This document shows positions 1 to 9,711 of a DNA stretch of 64,000 nt, piece by piece. This DNA is from Bacteroidaceae bacterium (lineage in GTDB: Archaea; Thermoplasmatota; Thermoplasmata; Methanomassiliicoccales; Methanomethylophilaceae), in the NCBI GenBank assembly GCA_963656905.1, contig CAVKKO010000001.1, forward strand, positions 4,476 to 68,475, written 5' to 3'. Position numbers and translations under genes: made by a program. The notes under the pieces were generated by a model, which ran no database searches, was not told the origin of the DNA, and worked only from the letters and a program-made list of their open reading frames with translations. Positions within the stretch are counted from its first letter, which is position 1. Each line of letters opens with the position of its first letter.

Positions 1-2694
1 TGCCTTCCAAGACTTGCTCTTGGTCGCCTTGTACAGCGCCACGACGCCTTCCCATAGGATGTCGGACTCCACGATGAGCTTGCCGTCCTCGTAGAACGTG
101 TCGGGCCTTATCTGCCCCTCTCCGTCCACGAAGCACTGCACCAGATAGTCTGTGGCGTCCACCTCTATCTCCATGCGGTAGTGCGTGCCGTCGAACATGG
201 GCGTGTACTCCACGACCTTGGATGCCGCCTGCACGAACAGCTTCCCTGTCTGTTGCTCGGTGAACTCTATGGTCACAGGGGAATAGTCGGAGATGCTGTT
301 CTGTATGGCATCGCCCTCTATCTCCACGCCCTCGCTGTTGTACGCCTTCACATACAGCGGCGTTCCCGAATCTTGCGTCAGCTCCCAGACCGTGTCGGGA
401 GTGATGAAGTCGACGACTGTGGGGAACTCGGTCACAGTGGACGATGCCACGGTCTTCGCCTTGATGATGTTCACGCACAGCTTGTTCCTGCCGGGAGGCG
501 AGGGGAGCTGGACCCTCATCGTGTTGAGCGTGGGCGAAGCCACCATCGTGGGGTAGACGTACTGGTACGAGCCGTCGTTGCGCATGAAGCTGAACACCAG
601 GTTCCTGGACCTCAGGTTGTGCTCTATCGTGTACACCGTGTTCAAGTCGTCTCCGAACACGCCGATGAACGTGGCGGGCGTGATGCCGACTTCCTGCGTG
701 ACCGCGCCTCCGTGCACGGCGGCCCAGCAGACCTCGTCCGTAGGGTGGTGGTCGTTGTTGTCCACCTTGGAGATGTACAGGGCGTCGCCGTAGACCACGA
801 CATCCCCGGAGTTGTACATGTAGAGCCCGTTCTGCGTGACCCCTTTCCAGACGCTCACTCCCTCTCCGATGTTCGCCTTCTTGTCCAGCTCTGCGGCTAT
901 CGCCTTGTTCTGGACGGGGTTCGTGGAGGTGAGCGACAGGGTGGCGTCGACCTCCACGGGCGGAACGGTGGCGTTGAGCCTGCCGTCCTTGCCGAACTCC
1001 AGGTACGTGCCCAGGTAGAGCTTGTCCTGCTTGCCGTCCAGCGCTTGGGTCACCACCTTGTTCTGGACGGGGCTCTCGGAGGACTTGGACAGCTCCGAGT
1101 CCACTTTGACGTTCGGCCCTGTGTAGGACACTTTGCCGCCCTCTATCTTGATGTAGTCGCCGCCCGTGAGCGTGTCCTGCTTGTCTCCGAGGAGGCTGTT
1201 CACCTCGTCCTTGGTGTACCTCTTGGCGATGTTGGAGCTGGCCTCGCTCAACTGGTTGTACAGCTTCTGCACGTCGCTCTCATGCCTGCGTATCAGCCCG
1301 TCCTCGCCGTTGAGGGCGACGTCCAGAGCATCTATGCGCGTATCGAGCGCGACATCGGACTCCTCCAGCATGGAGCGCACGTCGTTAATCATGCTCTTCG
1401 TGGCAACGGACACGGGCTTGTTCGCGTCCGAAGTGTTGTCGACGTTCCCCAGCCCCACCTGCGCCTTCGTGACCCTGTGAGGGTTGTCCAGGTCGTCCTT
1501 GTGCCTGGCAAGATTATCTTCATCGTCCGCGATGCGCTTCAGGAACGCTGAGGACAAGGATATCCTGTATACCGTCGCGTCCTCGGAAGAGCCGGGAGAG
1601 ACCATCTCGATGGTGATATCCTCGCTCCCTTCGTACAGGTCCACAAGGTCATGCACGGGCACGATGAGGGGCTCCTCCGCGCCGTCGATCTCGAAGATCA
1701 GGGATTTGGATGCGGCATCGTAGTACGCCTTGGATATCATCTGCTCCAGGGGGAGGTCCACATGGCATATCTCCTGCCTGTTGCCGTCGAGCAAGCGCAG
1801 GAAGTGCGCTCCTGCCACGGAATCCATCTTCTTGACGTATTCCATGCTGGTGACGGACGCCATGGCGGTCATCAGCGCCGCAGGGTTCGCCTGCGCGGCT
1901 GTTGTTGAAGATGCCACAGCCTTGGCTACGAATCCTCCTGCGGTGCCGTCGTATACGATGGCATTGCCGTTGCCGACAGAGCTCTTGAGCAGAGGCACCT
2001 GGCCGTACTTGTTGCCCGTGGGCAGGGCGTCCATGCCCAGCTTGCCGTCGTCCGAGAGGGTGGGCACGTTGAGCCACATCTCCTGATATTCGCCTGAGAG
2101 CGATTTGAAGATGAGGTCCAGGCCCTGAGTGTTGCCCTCGTCGTTGATGTGCGCCATCTTCTCCACGGGCCTTATGATGGCTTTGGACCTCAGGAACTCC
2201 AGAGGGCCGGCCACCGTAGGGGCCAGCGTGGGATTGAATCCGGGATCCTTGCACCCGCATCCGGGCTTGGAGGGCTTGATGCACGACTGCCTGAACGCTA
2301 TGCCGTCCACCGCAGACAAGATGTACGTGGTGGTCAGCATGCCGTCGGGCATGCCGTTGAAGCTGTCCGCATACTCCGCGGCGACGAACCAGAGCTGGTA
2401 CTCCACGCGCAGGGAAGGCGCCTGGGAGGTTATCTCGTAGGGTATGGTGAACTCGTATCCCGAGAACGCGGGCGAGCTGTCCTGTCCGTAGACATAGGGG
2501 TTGCCGTTCGCGTCGAACACGTTGAACACGATGAACGGCCTGTAGCCCTCCGTCGTGAAATCCCAATCCTCGCCTTCGTTCTTGAGCGTGAACTTTATGC
2601 GGGTGCTGTTGGAGTCGAAGACCTGCCCTCCATACGCCTTCCTGTCGGAGGTGATGGAACGGGTCGCTTTGTCGAACGTCCTGTATATTTCCAT
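1..2694 (-). CDS. Tail fibre / baseplate upper protein (runs off left edge)
   Basis: Not in the ORF track. Hand translation from ATG 2694 gives MEIYRTFDKATRS... (BppU-like N-terminus), the fibre motif NPHRVTKAQVGLGNVDNTSDANKPVS, and two S-x-x-PVQNK repeats. TATA-like CTTATAAAC about 22 nt upstream. Confidence 0.85.
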   Translation of the reverse strand, partial: MEIYRTFDKATRSITSDRKAYGGQVFDSNSTRIKFTLKNEGEDWDFTTEGYRPFIVFNVFDANGNPYVYGQDSSPAFSGYEFTIPYEITSQAPSLRVEYQLWFVAAEYADSFNGMPDGMLTTTYILSAVDGIAFRQSCIKPSKPGCGCKDPGFNPTLAPTVAGPLEFLRSKAIIRPVEKMAHINDEGNTQGLDLIFKSLSGEYQEMWLNVPTLSDDGKLGMDALPTGNKYGQVPLLKSSVGNGNAIVYDGTAGGFVAKAVASSTTAAQANPAALMTAMASVTSMEYVKKMDSVAGAHFLRLLDGNRQEICHVDLPLEQMISKAYYDAASKSLIFEIDGAEEPLIVPVHDLVDLYEGSEDITIEMVSPGSSEDATVYRISLSSAFLKRIADDEDNLARHKDDLDNPHRVTKAQVGLGNVDNTSDANKPVSVATKSMINDVRSMLEESDVALDTRIDALDVALNGEDGLIRRHESDVQKLYNQLSEASSNIAKRYTKDEVNSLLGDKQDTLTGGDYIKIEGGKVSYTGPNVKVDSELSKSSESPVQNKVVTQALDGKQDKLYLGTYLEFGKDGRLNATVPPVEVDATLSLTSTNPVQNKAIAAELDKKANIGEGVSVWKGVTQNGLYMYNSGDVVVYGDALYISKVDNNDHHPTDEVCWAAVHGGAVTQEVGITPATFIGVFGDDLNTVYTIEHNLRSRNLVFSFMRNDGSYQYVYPTMVASPTLNTMRVQLPSPPGRNKLCVNIIKAKTVASSTVTEFPTVVDFITPDTVWELTQDSGTPLYVKAYNSEGVEIEGDAIQNSISDYSPVTIEFTEQQTGKLFVQAASKVVEYTPMFDGTHYRMEIEVDATDYLVQCFVDGEGQIRPDTFYEDGKLIVESDILWEGVVALYKATKSKSWKA

Positions 2695-2738
2695 GGACGT
2701 TAATCGACGGGTTGGTTTATAAGGGGTGTGCAAATGTC

Positions 2739-2954
2739 TTAATTCTTCCTGTGGACCTCGGATGCCCTGTCGCGGCGGTAGCATCCGCAGGACCGCGTCA
2801 GTCCGTTGATGAGGTTGAAGCTCTGCACCTGCGTGTAGTTCCCGCAGTCGCACAGGCACAGCCAGCGTGTCTTGCGGCCCTGGTTGGGCGCCCTCTCTAT
2901 GACGAGCAGGCGCCCGAACCTCTGCCCCGTAAGGTCGATGACAGCGCGCTTCAT
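2739..2954 (-). CDS. Stand-alone N-terminal domain of a phage HNH/AP2-type endonuclease (71 aa)
   Basis: IDLTGQRFGRLLVI...WLCLCDCGN...SCGC; ATG overlaps the upstream TGA. Confidence 0.75.
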   Translation of the reverse strand: MKRAVIDLTGQRFGRLLVIERAPNQGRKTRWLCLCDCGNYTQVQSFNLINGLTRSCGCYRRDRASEVHRKN

Positions 2955-4834
2955 TGGTTGATGTTGGAGAGTATCTTGCTGGTGCTGGACGACAGGTCCA
3001 TGGACGCAAGCACGCCCCAGGTGTACTCGGTGGTGCATTCGGGATAGTTGCGGGTGTAGGTCTTCAGGGCGAGCTTCTGAGGCTTCGTGCTCCCTGAGAT
3101 GTCCGACAGGTCGTTCACATGGACTTCGTCCACCTCGTCCGAGATAGACCTTATCTTAGACACGGGCTCAAAATAAGGCGTCCATGTCCCGATGGACCCT
3201 CCCGACCTCAGCTCTCTGAATGTGAATTGGATGGTCTGCTGTGATTCGGACAGGTAATTCATCAGATTCCTTGCGAACCGCCCCGCCTGGTCGTACTTCA
3301 CAGTCTCGCCTCCATTCTCTTCCATCACGGGATTGCCGTCCTCATCAATGACAGGGTTGCCCTCCTCATCCGTTTTCGCTTCCATCGCCATCCACTTGAC
3401 GCCGTCGGGCGACTGCTTCAAGGCAGATATAGAATACGTCCCTCCGTCGAAAGTCCCATAATAGTCTCTGCTTTTCTCATCATCGAACGAAGTGTCCTGG
3501 GTGGTATAGCTTATCGCCCCTGAGTCGTCTTTCGCATAAACGCCATCTTTCAGGACAGGAACCGAACATCTGATCTTCAAGGCGTTCACGATTGTGTCCG
3601 TCCCCTCATCCCCTAGGTCTACATTCCCTGTCAATGCGCCCCCGTAGAGCGACGATGCACTCCCTCTGAGATTCGCATCATCTAAAAGGTCACCGGACTG
3701 CGCATAATCTACCACATATGCCTTGTTCTGGGCGAAGAACACCCTCGCCCCGCATACCATCGCCGCGACCTGCAGGATGAACCACACGTTGGTGCCTTGG
3801 TCGAATGTGATGAGCAGGTCTTCCTTCACCTTATCCGTGTCTTCAGAGGATGGTGCTGTGTAATTCTCTACAAGGTCGGAACCTGTGAAATTGACCCCGT
3901 ATTCATTCTGAGAGAGGACGTGCCTTATCCATTCCTGCGGACTGAGGGTCGTTTGATTGTTCAGCACAGACCCCCTTATACGCTCTGCATCGCAATATGC
4001 CGTGAGGGTCAATGTGTTGCGGGACAGCTTCACCTTGGTCAGCGTCATGGATGATGTTCCTGTCATGGATATGGTCAGTTTGTTCTTTCCCGCCTTCAGG
4101 TCGTTCACAGTGCTGCTCAGAAGTTGGGGATACATGTTGGAGAACTCTTTTCTAGGAATCTCCACCACCGCATACTCGAACGGGGCTTCTGGGCCGCCTG
4201 TTATGGTCAGAGAATCGACCAGATTGACATTATCGGAGCTGTCTGACGCGCCCATGCTCAGCAAAACCACCGCATTGCGCCCTGATGAGTCTGTGAGAGT
4301 GATTGAGAAGCTCGATCTGGCGTATCCGGGCGTGCTCGGAGCCGTAGAAAGGACGTACATCGAGCCTACATGGAACTCGAAACTCCCTTGAATCGACTCT
4401 GGACGCCCTTTAACACATTTCAAGCTGAGGTTCTTCACATATCCAATCTCGGATGATGAGCCATCGGCTCCTCTGATGGGCGCAATGTACGGATTGTCGC
4501 TCGCGGGGACGTATGCGAGCCTGTAGCCGTTCGTTCTGGCCTGCCAACGGTCCAAAGACTTCATCAAGAGCTTCGTCCACGTCGGATTATCCCATTTCAC
4601 CGTGTCATTTGCCGTATTATTGACTGATTCGGGCTGTTTTCTCGTAAAAGAGACAGTAATTATCTTGTAAGTACGCGATTCTATGGGGAATGCAGATTGT
4701 TTTGGCTTAGTCACGATGGGCGTGACACTGCAGCTCTTCTGAAAAGTCTCCGAAATGCTCGTCACAGTGCCGAAATCGAAGAGATACCCTGTCGAGGGGT
4801 CCTCCAAACGCAGTTTTCCTGCATCATCGCTCAT
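2951..4834 (-). CDS. Tail tip / baseplate hub-like protein (627 aa)
   Basis: Position after the tape measure gene; beta-rich; DTIVNALKIR segment typical of hub proteins. Confidence 0.6.
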   Translation of the reverse strand: MSDDAGKLRLEDPSTGYLFDFGTVTSISETFQKSCSVTPIVTKPKQSAFPIESRTYKIITVSFTRKQPESVNNTANDTVKWDNPTWTKLLMKSLDRWQARTNGYRLAYVPASDNPYIAPIRGADGSSSEIGYVKNLSLKCVKGRPESIQGSFEFHVGSMYVLSTAPSTPGYARSSFSITLTDSSGRNAVVLLSMGASDSSDNVNLVDSLTITGGPEAPFEYAVVEIPRKEFSNMYPQLLSSTVNDLKAGKNKLTISMTGTSSMTLTKVKLSRNTLTLTAYCDAERIRGSVLNNQTTLSPQEWIRHVLSQNEYGVNFTGSDLVENYTAPSSEDTDKVKEDLLITFDQGTNVWFILQVAAMVCGARVFFAQNKAYVVDYAQSGDLLDDANLRGSASSLYGGALTGNVDLGDEGTDTIVNALKIRCSVPVLKDGVYAKDDSGAISYTTQDTSFDDEKSRDYYGTFDGGTYSISALKQSPDGVKWMAMEAKTDEEGNPVIDEDGNPVMEENGGETVKYDQAGRFARNLMNYLSESQQTIQFTFRELRSGGSIGTWTPYFEPVSKIRSISDEVDEVHVNDLSDISGSTKPQKLALKTYTRNYPECTTEYTWGVLASMDLSSSTSKILSNINQ

Positions 4835-6384
4835 TCGTTCACCTTGAAAAGAAGCACAAGGGCCGCTCCTCCGCCCCCATTGCCCTGATTATCGGGGTCC
4901 AGAAGCGAATCTCCCCTATCCCCGGAGCCTCCTCCGCCCCCATAATAGCCGTTCCCGGCAGGAACCTGCCTATCACTGCCCTCTACTGTCGAACCTGCGC
5001 CCCCCCTGGACTCATAATAGCCCGATTCGGGCCTCATTCCGGCCTCTGTGTCGAATCTATAGTAGAACGCGGCCGCGCCTCCGCCCCCTCCGCCCCTATA
5101 CAAGCGCGGATATGAGCCTGTCGTGTATGTCGTGCTGGCCTTCCCCGCCTTTCCAACGTTGCCTTCTATGTTCGGAGACGTGGTCTGGCCATCTTCTTCG
5201 GCGCTTCCACCCGAGCAATAGCTGGTTCCGGGGGCACCTCCTGTGCCGCTGTTGAGCACGGTGCCGAATCCGCCTGCTCCGCCCTCCGCACGAACGAATG
5301 AATTGCCATCTCTAAGGACTACAGTGGCCTTGCCCTGCCCTCCGTTGGTCCCGCTCCGCTTGGACGCAGGCCCCATGTTGGTTCCAGCCTTGCCTCCTTC
5401 GCCTATCGTGATGCTCAGCACAGAATTCTGAGAGACAGATGCGGAGCCCGTCTGCACTTCGCCAGACCCGCCTGCGCCTCCGGGCCACATTATGAATCTG
5501 TCTCCCGCGACACCGTCATTTATCGTCGTATGGCTCATCCCCCCTGCGCCGCCTCCGCCTCCAATGGCGTACACTTTGATGTAGTCCACGCCCGAAGGAA
5601 TGGTGTAATCCTGAGATGATGTGATGAACACCGCATCCAGAGGCCCTCTCCACCTCGCAGTGAGAGTCATAGCCGATGTATACGTGTGCACGCTCCCATC
5701 AGGAATATAGCCTCCGCTGTATTCCCAGCCCATGAAGACGTTGCCCTCTTTCACATCAGTCCATTCGTCGGGAAGGGGCACTGTAACCGGGAATCCCTGG
5801 AGCACTTCATATGTCGTGCTCAGGGTGCCCTGCGACGTGGTGTTCGTCTTCAACGTCAGCGTCACTTTGGATACTGCGCCTCCAGTCACCTTCATGCTCG
5901 CAAGCTGGAGAGGCAGGCTGAAAGAGAGCCTCTGCACGCTGTAGCTCATGTTCAACGAGCCTATCAGGAACACATTGCCCTCTATCGGAGCCACAAGCGT
6001 AGAATCTGCGGGGGTGAATCTCATCGTGCATCCTCCTGTCTTTTCTCCGTTTCCGTCGAGGCCGAAGTTCTGCCAGCGGTCGAAAAGGTCTTCAAGATGA
6101 CGGTACCATTTTCCGTTGGACCATTCGTCGGGGTCGAGAGAGAGGTCGTTGTAAGGGAACGGGTTGACTCTCTCGCACTTGAACGTTATCTTCTCTGTAG
6201 CCCCCAGATCCATACAGAAGTTGCTTCTGCATCCATAAATAATGGTCGGCAGCTCTGTGAGGTTCACGTTGACCGACCTCTCTACATCCGTGACTAGAGG
6301 TATATTAAGGGTCTTCTTCACAGCCCCTCTCCCTGCTTTAGCAGGATAATTGAATGCCAGCACTAAGTCTCCGTATCCCGCCAT
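4831..6384 (-). CDS. Distal tail / receptor-binding protein with InlB B-repeat-like and glycine-rich domains (517 aa)
   Basis: Start MAGYGDL coupled to the upstream stop; KEGNVFMGW...TLTARW repeat; VYAIGGGGGAGG glycine-rich C-terminus. Confidence 0.7.
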   Translation of the reverse strand: MAGYGDLVLAFNYPAKAGRGAVKKTLNIPLVTDVERSVNVNLTELPTIIYGCRSNFCMDLGATEKITFKCERVNPFPYNDLSLDPDEWSNGKWYRHLEDLFDRWQNFGLDGNGEKTGGCTMRFTPADSTLVAPIEGNVFLIGSLNMSYSVQRLSFSLPLQLASMKVTGGAVSKVTLTLKTNTTSQGTLSTTYEVLQGFPVTVPLPDEWTDVKEGNVFMGWEYSGGYIPDGSVHTYTSAMTLTARWRGPLDAVFITSSQDYTIPSGVDYIKVYAIGGGGGAGGMSHTTINDGVAGDRFIMWPGGAGGSGEVQTGSASVSQNSVLSITIGEGGKAGTNMGPASKRSGTNGGQGKATVVLRDGNSFVRAEGGAGGFGTVLNSGTGGAPGTSYCSGGSAEEDGQTTSPNIEGNVGKAGKASTTYTTGSYPRLYRGGGGGGAAAFYYRFDTEAGMRPESGYYESRGGAGSTVEGSDRQVPAGNGYYGGGGGSGDRGDSLLDPDNQGNGGGGAALVLLFKVNE

Positions 6385-7481
6385 CAGAAGGACCCCCTTA
6401 TCCTCGCCTGCGAGACCTGCTCGTTGACCGTGTCCTTGATGATTGTCTTGAGCTCGCTGTCCGTATAGCCATAGATGTTGTATGTCACGTTGCCACCGAA
6501 GGAGCCTATCTTGTCCTCGGGCACGACATACTCGCCTTTCCCGCCCTCTCCGAGGACTTTCAGCGAGCCTCCTGCCTTGGCGGGCACATAGCCCCCTTCG
6601 GCCATGCCCATGCCCGTCAGAGCGTCCCATGAGCCCATGCCCGCGCTTGCGGTCAGCAATATCGCCGTAGCTATGGCCGCAGGACCCACTTTCCCTCCGA
6701 TATCTCCGATTATGCCCATCGCCTGCATGGACATCTCTGCGACCTTCATCGCTATCCACAGCGAGATGAACTCCTTGATATGCGACAGGACGAAAGTGGT
6801 CACGGAGAGGATGCTCCTCAGAAGCGTAGCGCCGTTGTTCTCGATGAATCCGCCTATCCACTCCAGAAGGCGTCCGACCTCTTTCGCATACCCGCCCTGC
6901 TCGATGAGCAGCTTGCCGATGTTGTTGAAATACTCGCCGAAGAGCTTCACGCCCTGGTTGACGGCGATGGAGAACATCTCTCCCAACGTCTTGCCCTCGA
7001 AGGCGTCCCAGAGCTCCACCACCTTGTCCAACAGCTCTGTGGTAGTCGGAATGAGCACCTCGGCCAGCTTGTTGCCGAGGGGCATGAAGAACAGCGTCAT
7101 TGCAAGGTTGAACAGAGATTCGATGGTCTGAAGAAGCGGTGACGCCGCCTTCATACGGGCGTATATGTCCTTCACTATATCAAAGCCTTTTGTGATAGAT
7201 GTGGATATCGCCTTCTCCGCCTGCTGGACTCCCGCTGTGAGGAGCTTGCGCTTGTTGTCATCATCTTTGATGTAGTCCTTGAGCGCTTCCTTGATGGACT
7301 TCTCGCTGTCCTTGGCCTCATGCTCGGTGTCCTTGTCGTTGGTGTAGTCCAAGGCGATGTGCGCGTTGATGCCAGCATCGTTTATCATCCTCTGGATCTC
7401 TTCCAGAAGTTGCTTTATCTTCTCCTTGTCCACATCCGGGTCGAGGGTGACAGGCACGGAGAAGCCGCCGTCTGCCATCAA
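6384..7481 (-). CDS. Short tape measure protein (365 aa)
   Basis: Helical; follows the chaperones; C-terminal MAEGGYV...GEGGKGEYVVP motif. Confidence 0.75.
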   Translation of the reverse strand: MMADGGFSVPVTLDPDVDKEKIKQLLEEIQRMINDAGINAHIALDYTNDKDTEHEAKDSEKSIKEALKDYIKDDDNKRKLLTAGVQQAEKAISTSITKGFDIVKDIYARMKAASPLLQTIESLFNLAMTLFFMPLGNKLAEVLIPTTTELLDKVVELWDAFEGKTLGEMFSIAVNQGVKLFGEYFNNIGKLLIEQGGYAKEVGRLLEWIGGFIENNGATLLRSILSVTTFVLSHIKEFISLWIAMKVAEMSMQAMGIIGDIGGKVGPAAIATAILLTASAGMGSWDALTGMGMAEGGYVPAKAGGSLKVLGEGGKGEYVVPEDKIGSFGGNVTYNIYGYTDSELKTIIKDTVNEQVSQARIRGSF

Positions 7482-7753
7482 TCATCACCTTTGAAGAGCT
7501 TGGACAGCAAAGAGTTCGCCATCAGCTCCGCATCCATCTTGCGGAGCGCCATCTCGGTTGCGAGGAGTATCTGGATGTCCGTCATGTTCATCTCCATGAA
7601 CTGCTCAAGGGTGCCGCCTGCCCTCAGGTATATCCCGTAAGCCAATATCATCGCCATGTCGTCGGTGTCCACGTTGCCCTGGACGACAGCCTGGTCGAAC
7701 AATATCAGTCCGAGCTCTCTGTCGGGCTCCCCTGAGCAGAGCCGGGCAAAGGG
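7478..7753 (-). CDS. Tail assembly chaperone, -1 frameshift extension (gpGT-like)
   Basis: The -1 frame is open from slippery C CCT TTG (7753-7747) to the stop at 7478. Confidence 0.75.
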   Translation of the reverse strand, partial: PFARLCSGEPDRELGLILFDQAVVQGNVDTDDMAMILAYGIYLRAGGTLEQFMEMNMTDIQILLATEMALRKMDAELMANSLLSKLFKGDD

Positions 7754-8106
7754 TCTTCTCTGTCCTCCTGAAGACGTTTGATGTTCTCGGTCAGGTCCGT
7801 CCAGAAACGGGTCGCAGACCCGTACTCGTTGTCGTCCATCTTGTCGCAGTAGTCATAGAAGGCTTTGAGGTTGTTCAAATCGCGCGGGAACGGTGCGGAC
7901 TCCACGAACGTGAGCACAGTCAACGTCTCCACGTCTCCCAAGCTGGATTCGGTTACGTTGATGGTGTTCCCGTCCACCCTGGCAAGGCGCCCGATGGCAT
8001 TCTCAGCCTGCTTGCGCCTGGTCAGGCGGGGCTTGCGGAGCACCACGATGCCCTCCATCCCGTAATCTTTCATGTCCATGCTTATGGAGCCGTCTATTCC
8101 TGCCAT
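7705..8106 (-). CDS. Tail assembly chaperone (gpG-like, 133 aa)
   Basis: Lies between tail tube and tape measure; GAGGA upstream; slippery site near the 3' end. Confidence 0.75.
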   Translation of the reverse strand: MAGIDGSISMDMKDYGMEGIVVLRKPRLTRRKQAENAIGRLARVDGNTINVTESSLGDVETLTVLTFVESAPFPRDLNNLKAFYDYCDKMDDNEYGSATRFWTDLTENIKRLQEDREDPLPGSAQGSPTESSD

Positions 8107-8120
8107 GTCGATTCCTCTGC

Positions 8121-9188
8121 TCACTTCTGGTAGCCCAGGTCCGCCGAGCCGTTGACTATGGTCATGGTGAGCTTCCTGCACTTGGATGAGCTCATCTGGT
8201 CTATCAGCCTGGACCCGTCGCCTTTCTGCCTTGTGAACGAGTTCAGGATGACATCCTCCATCTTAAACGTCGCGGTGTTCTCCGATGCGGATATCGCCTT
8301 CTCGAACGACCCGTAGTTGTCACGGCATTCCGTGAACGCGGCGATGGTCACTTCGGGCACGGGAGCTTTGCGCTTGCACATGAACTTGTATTTGTTGCCG
8401 GACACGTTCGTTGTGGTCTTCCCTCCGCCGAGGACTCTTGCTCTGTATCTCTCGAAGTCGTTGGCATAGGTCGTCATCCCCAACTGGATGTCGCATTTGC
8501 CCGAGTAGAACCCTACGGGCATGGAACGGCAGACGGTGTAGTTGGCCGCTGAACCGATATCCAGGCCCATTGTGAGAGATTCCACATTGGCCACATAATT
8601 GTCCTCTAAAGCGTCTCCCCAGAACATGCAGGAGAACTCGATGAGCTGGCCATCGTAGTCTTTGTAGAGCGAGCTGTACGTCCCGAGCTCGGTCTCCTCG
8701 TCCACGTAGAATCCGGACATGGTGACTGTCATCCTCGACGCTCCCGATGAACGGGAGAGCCTGATGCTCTTGGCCACACAGCCTTTCAGGGTGAACCTCT
8801 CGTCCTTCCCTCCGTTGGACGTTATATTGTTCAGGACCACGCCCTGGATGACGAACGAGCCCACCCTTTTGTTGTTGGAGATGGAGAACACATGCTCGTA
8901 CTTGCCGTCTGCTAGGGTGTTCACCTCGACCGTGTCGAATATCATAGAGTACAGCCCCAGATGCTCATAGTCCATGGCGAACGACATCTCCCATGAGCCC
9001 GAGAACTGCCCGTAATCGACGGTGTCGAAGAACTTCGATCCCTCGGAGAAGAGCTCGGTCGTGGATATCGTAGGCGTCGCCTGCAAGAAGAAATTGGGCG
9101 GCAGGGCGAACCACCCGTCGGAATCGACAGTTCCCGAGCCGAAGCTCGACTCCTTGCCGACCTGTATGGATTGACGGACTCCTGTCAT
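8121..9188 (-). CDS. Major tail tube protein
   Basis: VGKESSFG N-terminal motif, YEHVFS, LKGCVAKSIRLS; gene position. Confidence 0.8.
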   Translation of the reverse strand: MTGVRQSIQVGKESSFGSGTVDSDGWFALPPNFFLQATPTISTTELFSEGSKFFDTVDYGQFSGSWEMSFAMDYEHLGLYSMIFDTVEVNTLADGKYEHVFSISNNKRVGSFVIQGVVLNNITSNGGKDERFTLKGCVAKSIRLSRSSGASRMTVTMSGFYVDEETELGTYSSLYKDYDGQLIEFSCMFWGDALEDNYVANVESLTMGLDIGSAANYTVCRSMPVGFYSGKCDIQLGMTTYANDFERYRARVLGGGKTTTNVSGNKYKFMCKRKAPVPEVTIAAFTECRDNYGSFEKAISASENTATFKMEDVILNSFTRQKGDGSRLIDQMSSSKCRKLTMTIVNGSADLGYQK

Positions 9189-9710
9189 TCAGAGCCCCCC
9201 TTGATTATCATCATGTTCCTGAGAACATCCCGCAGGTTTATAACCGCTACCATGGACGGGGATGTGGAATCCCGTGAGCTTGATGTCGAAATTGTACGAG
9301 TACCATCCGTCCGCGTTGTTGTCCGGGCGCTCGCTCGTCAGCTCCAGGAACGTGTACGGGCTGATGCGTCTCATAGACCTGCGATGCGCCAAGAGGATGG
9401 ATTCGATGATGCGCGCCCACGCGAACATGAGGTCACGGGACCTGCAAGACAGCTTGATTCCTAAGCGAGGCGACCTGTCCACCGTACGGTAGTCGGTGTC
9501 GGATATGGTCTTCTGCGATGACACGAGATAGACGAATATCGTTCCAAAACGAGCGTCCATCATATATGCCTCCCTCTCGTAAACGAACGTCGGACGGGCC
9601 TGCCCGGGCGTATCGGGCCATTCCCTGCTGAGCAGGTCGCAGATGAGCTTCGCGTCGTCTCCCACATATATGTCGGGATGCGACTCTGTTTCAGCTACGT
9701 GGTCGATCAT
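9189..9710 (-). CDS. Putative tail terminator / completion protein
   Basis: Size and position immediately upstream of the tail tube gene. Confidence 0.55.
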   Translation of the reverse strand: MIDHVAETESHPDIYVGDDAKLICDLLSREWPDTPGQARPTFVYEREAYMMDARFGTIFVYLVSSQKTISDTDYRTVDRSPRLGIKLSCRSRDLMFAWARIIESILLAHRRSMRRISPYTFLELTSERPDNNADGWYSYNFDIKLTGFHIPVHGSGYKPAGCSQEHDDNQGGL

Positions 9711-9711
9711 G

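Noticed and set aside
181..1551. Long antisense ORFs (also 12494-14209, 14609-15937, 47987-49588, 56643-57923)
   Set aside because: Shadows of high-GC3 genes on the opposite strand, with no motifs or RBS.
1..6384. Diversity-generating retroelement targeting tail proteins
   Set aside because: No reverse transcriptase or TR/VR pair seen in the window.
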